In this document: one piece after another, positions 58,193 to 64,000 of the stretch
Layout of the letters: each line of letters opens with the position of its first letter
Position numbering within the stretch: position 1 is the stretch's first letter
Origin: Candidatus Uhrbacteria bacterium GW2011_GWE2_46_68
GTDB taxonomy: Bacteria > Patescibacteriota > Patescibacteriia > UBA9934 > GWF2-40-263
Assembly (NCBI GenBank): GCA_001002765.1
Contig: LCMS01000010.1
Coordinates: 123 to 64,122, forward strand
Length of the DNA stretch: 64,000 nt
Direction of reading: 5' to 3'
Program-made: the position numbers and the translations under genes
The notes under the pieces: model-generated
The model's database searches: none
What the model was told of the DNA's origin: nothing
What the model saw: only the letters and a program-made list of their open reading frames with translations

Positions 58193-60262
58193 TTATAACT
58201 CCTCCACACTGCGAAGAAAGCTCCCTTTTGATTTACGTGGGGGCGAGGATGGGCGTTCCCCAAGATCATCAAGCACAATCACCGGATCTTCGTTTTGCCA
58301 ATTCGCACCGGTGGAAAGAGAAGGGGGTAAACGCGAAGCTTCCAAAAATTGTGAGGGAATCTCTTCCAAAAACAACGAGGGCTGTTGGAAAAGTGTGCTC
58401 TCTCCATTGCCCATCATAGGATAGGTGTAATACAAACGACGACGCGCGCGGGTAGTGGCTACATAAAAAAGACGGCGCTCTTCCTCCAACCCTTCCTCTT
58501 CCTCAAGCGCGCGCGGATGCGGAAATTTATCTTGCGCCAAATGTATTAAAAACACGGTATTCCATTCCAACCCCTTGGCTTGATGAATTGTGGATAAAAC
58601 CATGCGATCCTGATCCCCTCTTTGCTCGTTTGCTTGAAATGTTTCCGTAAGCGCAATCTCATCTAAAAATATTTGCGTCTCTTTATACCCCTCCGCAAAC
58701 ACTGCGAACTGTTCAAGATCATCCAAACGATCGCGAAAATCGGGATATTCTCCTTGCGCATAATCTTCGTAAAAATGGGCCACGGTTGCACGGATCATAT
58801 CAGAAGGAAGTTGATTGCCTGAAAGGATATGACGAAGCGCGCCGACAAAAAGATTCCATCCGGACTGCGCTCGACGATCAATGACAAATGTTCTCTCACA
58901 AATCTCTTCAAGTTTTCCGATCCCCTGCACTTGCATGATAATTTTTTGCGCGGTGGTCGCTCCCACACCGGGTAACATCTCCAATACACGCATCCATGAC
59001 GCCGTATCTTTTGGATTGGAAACGAGACGCAAAAAACTTACCACATCTTTAATGTGTGCGCGCTCAAAAAACTTCATCCCCCCGCGATACTCGTAGGGAA
59101 TATTGCGTTTGATAAGTTCGAACTCGAGCGCTTGCGAATGAAACGCCGCACGAAACAAAACCGCCATCTCACGAAGTGGTTCTCCCCTGCGATGATGATC
59201 ACGAACTTGAGAGACAATATAATCTGCCTCCTTGGCCGCGGAAAGAGCCGGGGCCAATCGCGGTTTTTCAAAAGAAGGACAATGAGCCTGTAGATGTTTT
59301 TCAAACTGATGCACATTGTGGGTGATACTTGCATTGGCCACATGGAGAATCTCGGGAGAGGATCGGTAATTGGTAGTGAGACGAAAGGTGCGTGTCCCGG
59401 GAAACAGCTCGGGAAATCGCAAAATATTTTTGATCTCGGCCGCGCGAAAACTGTAAATGCTCTGGGCATCATCTCCCACAATAAGGACGTTGCGATGGAC
59501 TTGGGCTAAGAGGCGCACAATATCCGCCTGCACAATATTAGTGTCCTGGTATTCATCCACCAAAATGTATTGAAACTGATGGGAAAGATGCTGTGCCGTT
59601 TCGGGATGGTTCAAAAGAAGATCGCGCAGATGCAAAAGCAAATCATCAAAATCCATGACATCGGCCTCGTGTTTTTTCATGGCATACACATCAGCGAGTC
59701 GTTCGAGAACGGGAATCAAATCATAAAAATTGTGCAAACGCTTTTCCACAACCTCACGAATCGGACGATTGGCATTGCGGCTGTAACTGATCAAATCTTG
59801 TACGCTCGAAGGAGAAGGGAAACGACGAGCGGACGTATCAAGTTGCATCTCTTTGATGCAGGACTTGATAAGACTGCGGCTGTCTTCCTGATCTAAAATC
59901 GTAAAATTTTGCGTGAAGCCGATTTTGGGAGCGTAGTGGCGCAAGAGTCGATTAGCGATCGAATGGAATGTGCCCGACCATAATCCCTGTGGATGAAATC
60001 CCAAAAGGGATTCCACGCGCTCCAGCATTTGTTTGGCTGCCTTATTGGTAAAGGTGAGCAAAAGAATACGCGATGGGATCACACCTTTGGAAAGAAGATA
60101 AGCGACGCGATAGGTAATGGTTCTTGTTTTTCCTGATCCGGCTCCGGCAAGGACAAGACAAGGTCCGTCACCATCACGCACAACTCCCCATTGTTCGGTG
60201 TTGAGTTCGTGTTCAAAATCGATGGGGGAAACAAGGTTCATAATGACAGTATGGTAACACAT
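58193..60262 (-). CDS. uvrD: ATP-dependent DNA helicase, UvrD/PcrA/Rep family (SF1)
   Basis: Walker A AGAGSGKT, helicase motifs II (VDEYQDTN), III, V and VI (VATTRAR). 689 aa. Confidence 0.85.
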   Translation of the reverse strand: MCYHTVIMNLVSPIDFEHELNTEQWGVVRDGDGPCLVLAGAGSGKTRTITYRVAYLLSKGVIPSRILLLTFTNKAAKQMLERVESLLGFHPQGLWSGTFHSIANRLLRHYAPKIGFTQNFTILDQEDSRSLIKSCIKEMQLDTSARRFPSPSSVQDLISYSRNANRPIREVVEKRLHNFYDLIPVLERLADVYAMKKHEADVMDFDDLLLHLRDLLLNHPETAQHLSHQFQYILVDEYQDTNIVQADIVRLLAQVHRNVLIVGDDAQSIYSFRAAEIKNILRFPELFPGTRTFRLTTNYRSSPEILHVANASITHNVHQFEKHLQAHCPSFEKPRLAPALSAAKEADYIVSQVRDHHRRGEPLREMAVLFRAAFHSQALEFELIKRNIPYEYRGGMKFFERAHIKDVVSFLRLVSNPKDTASWMRVLEMLPGVGATTAQKIIMQVQGIGKLEEICERTFVIDRRAQSGWNLFVGALRHILSGNQLPSDMIRATVAHFYEDYAQGEYPDFRDRLDDLEQFAVFAEGYKETQIFLDEIALTETFQANEQRGDQDRMVLSTIHQAKGLEWNTVFLIHLAQDKFPHPRALEEEEGLEEERRLFYVATTRARRRLYYTYPMMGNGESTLFQQPSLFLEEIPSQFLEASRLPPSLSTGANWQNEDPVIVLDDLGERPSSPPRKSKGSFLRSVEEL

Positions 60263-60323
60263 TTACAGATCCCCTATGACCCCTAAGACCTGTCTTTGGA
60301 GGATAAGAAAAACCCCGAGCACT

Positions 60324-60713
60324 TCAGATGCAGGGGGCGCGTGGAAAAAAGGCAATATAGGTAAGACGTTGTGATAATTCGTGATGCTGTGCACAAAGGA
60401 TCATCAAAGAAAGCAAGACCTTACTTTTTTCTTTTTCTCCCAAGAGATGGGCATCGCGTATTCCTACATCTACGATCATCCGTCGCCTTCTGTGCGTGCA
60501 AGCGATCATACGCCGCACCTCGACCGATCCGTCTTTGGAACAAAGAACATATTGGCGCAACGCCGCTTGGTCGAAAAAAAAGATTTCCTCATGTGCCCCA
60601 ATCACGATCTCTCTTCCTTCCCATCCGTGGAAAAAATAGCGCTCAAAAAATCCAAATCCATACCGTCGCTTTGTAAACCATCGCACCCCGACCAAATGAG
60701 CAGACGAAGTCAT
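60324..60713 (-). CDS. hypothetical protein
   Basis: 129-aa ORF. A 171-aa plus-strand ORF overlaps it, so the coding strand is uncertain. No motifs recognised. Confidence 0.25.
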   Translation of the reverse strand: MTSSAHLVGVRWFTKRRYGFGFFERYFFHGWEGREIVIGAHEEIFFFDQAALRQYVLCSKDGSVEVRRMIACTHRRRRMIVDVGIRDAHLLGEKEKSKVLLSLMILCAQHHELSQRLTYIAFFPRAPCI

Positions 60714-60747
60714 GATGCACCTCTGAAAGGATTGGGGGGTCTATTGG

Positions 60748-60803
60748 GGGGTCAGGTCCGGACATCGGACTTTTTCCAAAAAGTCCGATGTCCGGACCTG
60801 ACC
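60748..60803. repeat. 56-nt near-perfect palindrome (28-nt arms) sharing the GGGGGTCAGGTC end motif with the 45.1-kb MITE-like element
   Basis: GGGTCAGGTCCGGACATCGGACTTTTT | CCAAAAAGTCCGATGTCCGGACCTGACCC. It is preceded by a TGGGGGGTC direct duplication and lies between mltG and the downstream ORF. Confidence 0.6.
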
Positions 60804-60808
60804 CTACA

Positions 60809-61837
60809 TTATTTCAAATACCTATACTTATGCGCGATGTGTTCCTCATACGTCTGTGCATATTTCATGTCCCCTTCAGGTGTGGTCAAAAAATAAAAAT
60901 ATGCGGTGGGTGTTGGCTCCAATACCGCGTTTAGCGCATTCATCCCCGGATTACCAATGGGGCCAGGCGGCAAGCCCACCACTTGATAGGTGTTGTACGG
61001 CGAGTTGATCGCCTGATCTTCCGCACTCACTCCTGGATCATTTTTTCCCGTAATAAAATTAACGGTTGAACACGCTTGCAGGGCCATACCGATTTCCAAA
61101 CGCTTCAAAAAAATTCCGGCCACAATTTTCATATCTTCTTCCGTAGCCGCTTCTTTTTCCACGATCGAGGCCACGGTCAATAATTCATGAAAAGTAAGTC
61201 CATTTTCCATCACCAAATCATCCGGAATCACCACTCCCGTTTCAGACAACCGACGCTTTAACGTTAAAACCATAGTCTCGGCGATCACGTCGGCTGTTAC
61301 ATCTGTACGAAAACGATAGGTATCAGGAAACAGATATCCTTCGAGTCCTTGTCCCTTCGGAATCCCTCCAAGAATATGCGTTCCCGACGCAAACAAAGAA
61401 CTCTCGACCCCTGTGGCCACCTCCCAAAGAGAAGAAGAAAAATTCGGGAACGCTACCATAATCACCTCCTCCATATTTTTGAGTGTGTATCCTTCGGGAA
61501 ATGTCACTCGCACCTCTTGCGCTTGCGCATTGGTAAGTACAGCAACCAGGGTGCGGTAACTCAATCCGGGTTCCAAGGAAAACATACCGGACTGAAAATC
61601 GGTTTGTGTTCCCGTAAGCCATACATACCACTCAAAAAATCGCGGACTGACGAGCAGGCCCTCTTGTTTCAATCGCTCGCTGATCACCTTCACACTTTCT
61701 CCACTATTCACAACAAAAGTCGTAGCGGAAATATCTCCGGAAGGAGAAGCTAAAAAGGCATCCCATACAAAGGCGCCACTCAAGACCGTTCCCGCCAAAA
61801 GCAAAGTAGCAAAAATCACAAGACATCCTCGTATCAT
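60809..61837 (-). CDS. mltG: endolytic murein transglycosylase MltG (YceG-like)
   Basis: N-terminal TM. C-terminal YceG signature (YNTYQVVGLPPGPIGNPGMNALNAVLEPTPTAYFYF). Confidence 0.75.
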   Translation of the reverse strand: MIRGCLVIFATLLLAGTVLSGAFVWDAFLASPSGDISATTFVVNSGESVKVISERLKQEGLLVSPRFFEWYVWLTGTQTDFQSGMFSLEPGLSYRTLVAVLTNAQAQEVRVTFPEGYTLKNMEEVIMVAFPNFSSSLWEVATGVESSLFASGTHILGGIPKGQGLEGYLFPDTYRFRTDVTADVIAETMVLTLKRRLSETGVVIPDDLVMENGLTFHELLTVASIVEKEAATEEDMKIVAGIFLKRLEIGMALQACSTVNFITGKNDPGVSAEDQAINSPYNTYQVVGLPPGPIGNPGMNALNAVLEPTPTAYFYFLTTPEGDMKYAQTYEEHIAHKYRYLK

Positions 61838-62919
61838 AAAAGATGTTGATGACCACTTTGGGCCAAGAGTTGAACAATTTCTTTCACACGTTGTGCTTGA
61901 TCTTTTCGACAGACGAGCAAAGCATCCTTTGTATCCACGATGATCAAATCTTGTACCCCCAATACCGTCACTTTTTTTTCGGGAACTCCATAAACTAAAG
62001 ATCCTGTGCTATCAAGGACAAGGCAATCCCCTTTCACGACGTTTTGATATCCATCCTGTGAAAGACAGTGGTACAAGGTGTCCCAAGCACCAATATCACT
62101 CCACCCAAAATCTCCGCGAATCACAAGCACATTTTGCGGATCCATTTCTTCGGTCACTGCATAGTCAAAAGAAATTTTTGGAAGCTCTCCGTACAAAACA
62201 ATAGCATGTGCACATCCTTCTTGTGTTTTCTCACGTAAACATTCCTGAATCTGACGAAACACTTCCCCCATCTTTGGAGCACATGTGTCAAACGCTTCCA
62301 TGAATTTACGCGGCGTCCACATGTAATAATTGGCGTGCCACAAATAATCACCTTGCGCCAAATATTGTTTAGCGATTTCATAAGACGGCTTTTCGGTGTG
62401 TCCCAAAAAAGTATACACGCGAATATTTTCTTTTTCTTCAAAGACCTCTCCCACATGCGTATAGCCAAGCACCGTGCTTGGAAATTGCGGCTCGATGCTG
62501 ATATCCAAAAGTTTCCCTGTTTCCAAAATCAACCTCTCTCCTGTTTGCAGACAATACAAAAACATTTCCTCATCCTTGATGTAATGATCGGATGGAACAA
62601 ACACGATCGGTTCATCCGGATCGGAAAGTTCCAGGAGGGCGGCCACATATCCCATAGCCGGGCCGGTATCGCGTTTTTCCGGCTCGATAAAAATGCGCTC
62701 CGGCGGAACCTCGGGAAGATGCGTATGCAAGTGTTCCTCAAACCCCGGAGAAATGGAAAAATAAATTTTTTCCTGCGGGAGCCATCGCAGAAGTCGGCGA
62801 TAGGTATCACAAATCAATGATTCCTCCCCTATCAAATCCGTAAATTGCTTGGGGTGTGTACTGCGGCTCATGGGCCACAGCCTTGTCCCCGCTCCGCCGG
62901 CAAGAATAATAGCTTTCAT
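61834..62919 (-). CDS. manC: mannose-1-phosphate guanylyltransferase
   Basis: MKAIILAGGAGTRLWPMSRSTHPKQF, the sugar-nucleotidyltransferase G-x-G-T-R-L-x-P signature. 361 aa. Confidence 0.8.
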   Translation of the reverse strand: MKAIILAGGAGTRLWPMSRSTHPKQFTDLIGEESLICDTYRRLLRWLPQEKIYFSISPGFEEHLHTHLPEVPPERIFIEPEKRDTGPAMGYVAALLELSDPDEPIVFVPSDHYIKDEEMFLYCLQTGERLILETGKLLDISIEPQFPSTVLGYTHVGEVFEEKENIRVYTFLGHTEKPSYEIAKQYLAQGDYLWHANYYMWTPRKFMEAFDTCAPKMGEVFRQIQECLREKTQEGCAHAIVLYGELPKISFDYAVTEEMDPQNVLVIRGDFGWSDIGAWDTLYHCLSQDGYQNVVKGDCLVLDSTGSLVYGVPEKKVTVLGVQDLIIVDTKDALLVCRKDQAQRVKEIVQLLAQSGHQHLL

Positions 62920-62925
62920 AGTTAT

Positions 62926-64000
62926 TTAAATGATCACTGAGGAACGTAAGCCAAATCCAATATCTGCAATATCACAACGATGACTTCCCGCATAGACCTG
63001 TAACAAACTGGAGTTCCAATCCATAAAAGGCGTACGAAGAGAAGAAGGAAAAAAAGCTCCCGTAAGATAAGAGGTATTTATGTCGCGAGTTAATGATGCA
63101 TCTATGGGTTTTCCCGTTTCTACAAAATGTGTCATAAAAACCATGATCCAATCTTCAGGAGTGAGGCCGGATTCTTGGAAGTAGGGGGAGCTAGAGTTGC
63201 CTCGAGCTTCTTCAAGAATGGAAAGATATTCCGTGGGAGTTTTGTTTGCTTCAAAAGGGGGACGGAAATTCTCGTCTCCTCGGAGTGTTCTTTGGTCTTT
63301 TTGGGAAATGGTGGCAAAGCCTTTGAGAGTTTTGGTATTTGAGGGTTGAAAGAAATGAGCCGTCCAGCCTGGAAAAAAATTTTGGTTATCCTCTTGTCCC
63401 TCAAGTATCTGCATTTTGGTCTTTCCTCGATGACCATTTTCTTCAAAAAACTTTGGATAATAAACAAGACTGGGAGTATCTCCTCTGTCTGCTCCTTGAT
63501 AACGCTTCTGAATGGCAAAAGAATAGGAATCGCTAATATCAAGATCGGGATGAGACTCTTTGTAAGAAAGAAAAAATTGTTTGAACGTTTCTATGAGAAC
63601 ATCAAGGCTCATACCAAAGGGAACGAGAAGGAGTTTGGTAAAGCCTTGGTCGTGTTTGGTGCGGAGGATTTCTCGGCGTTCAAAGAGACGAATGGCGATT
63701 TGTTCGAGTGTGGGGATGGGATAGGTATTACCATCTATGCCTTTGATCGCATCACCCATGAGAATCCCGACTTGTTCAAGAAGTTCGACTTGAGAATCGT
63801 ATTGTTCTTTGAGGCGATAGTGTTCCTCGGCATACTCAAGGGCTTCTTTGTTTGTCCAAGGTTCCTTCTTAACAATGAGGTGTTCAAAGCGCTCAAGAAG
63901 ATTGGCAAGCCGCTCGAGGTTGGGAGTGGAGAGTTTCTCGGCAGCTTTGCGGAGGAGATCGGGTTTGGCAAGCGCTTCTCTTGGAATCCCTTGAGCTTGT
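62926..64000 (-). CDS. multi-copy paralogous family member, 5' end beyond the window edge
   Basis: The reading frame is open from 62926 to the window end. The upstream in-frame translation (…LSTPNLERLANLLERFEHLIVKKEP…) matches the family N-domain. Terminal motif GLRSSVII. Confidence 0.6.
   Translation of the reverse strand, partial: QAQGIPREALAKPDLLRKAAEKLSTPNLERLANLLERFEHLIVKKEPWTNKEALEYAEEHYRLKEQYDSQVELLEQVGILMGDAIKGIDGNTYPIPTLEQIAIRLFERREILRTKHDQGFTKLLLVPFGMSLDVLIETFKQFFLSYKESHPDLDISDSYSFAIQKRYQGADRGDTPSLVYYPKFFEENGHRGKTKMQILEGQEDNQNFFPGWTAHFFQPSNTKTLKGFATISQKDQRTLRGDENFRPPFEANKTPTEYLSILEEARGNSSSPYFQESGLTPEDWIMVFMTHFVETGKPIDASLTRDINTSYLTGAFFPSSLRTPFMDWNSSLLQVYAGSHRCDIADIGFGLRSSVII

Noticed and set aside
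16481-64000. Whether the repeated units could be a CRISPR array, an IS element or a transposase family.
   Set aside because: The repeat units are about 1.3-kb protein-coding genes, not 25-40-bp repeats with spacers. They have no DDE/transposase motifs or terminal inverted repeats. Their 3-bp spacing in tandem arrays fits gene duplication, not transposition.

Overview
The window reads as a low-GC (about 40-45%), streamlined, almost entirely minus-strand-coded bacterial genome segment. The gene content has a candidate-phyla-radiation / small-genome look: ribosomal protein L28, HflX, HU, class II ribonucleotide reductase, and many glycosyltransferases and nucleotide-sugar enzymes. Both TGA and TAA are seen as stop codons. 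Five things stand out.

1. A compositionally distinct high-GC block (about 55-60% GC, positions 1 to about 8900). It carries a NitT/TauT-type ABC transporter and an unusual envelope module: two proteins that fuse a substrate-binding-protein-like domain to an OmpA C-terminal domain, a von Willebrand factor type A (vWA) protein and a coiled-coil membrane protein. It ends about 1.4 kb from a tRNA-Pro(CGG).

2. A B12-linked operon. It comprises a NUDIX::cob(I)alamin adenosyltransferase fusion, a SAM methyltransferase, adenosylcobalamin-dependent RNR (nrdJ) and a DEDD exonuclease.

3. Envelope and glycosylation clusters: dTDP-sugar enzymes, GT4/GT4/GT2/DUF2304/GT2/UXS, ManC, MltG, tandem S8 proteases with beta-propeller repeats, Ctp and CDP-alcohol phosphatidyltransferase.

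4. A previously unrecognised multi-copy protein family, which is the most striking feature. There are nine paralogs of about 390-450 aa, all on the minus strand. Three are in tandem with 3-bp spacing, two are adjacent, and the rest are dispersed. Members share a strongly conserved N-terminal domain with near-identical nucleotide sequence at the 5' ends, which implies gene conversion. They carry modular in-frame GC-rich palindromic mini-insertions, a hypervariable Cys/Trp/aromatic-rich C-terminal segment, and a conserved extreme C-terminal G-x-R-[ST]-S-V-[IVLM]-[IVL] tail. Two or three members are disrupted: a G10 homopolymer frameshift, an internal deletion and a 5' deletion. I cannot assign this family to any known domain from memory.

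5. A small family of GGGGGTCAGGTC-ended palindromic/TIR repeats, one MITE-like of about 190 bp.

No CRISPR array, rRNA or recognisable transposase was seen.
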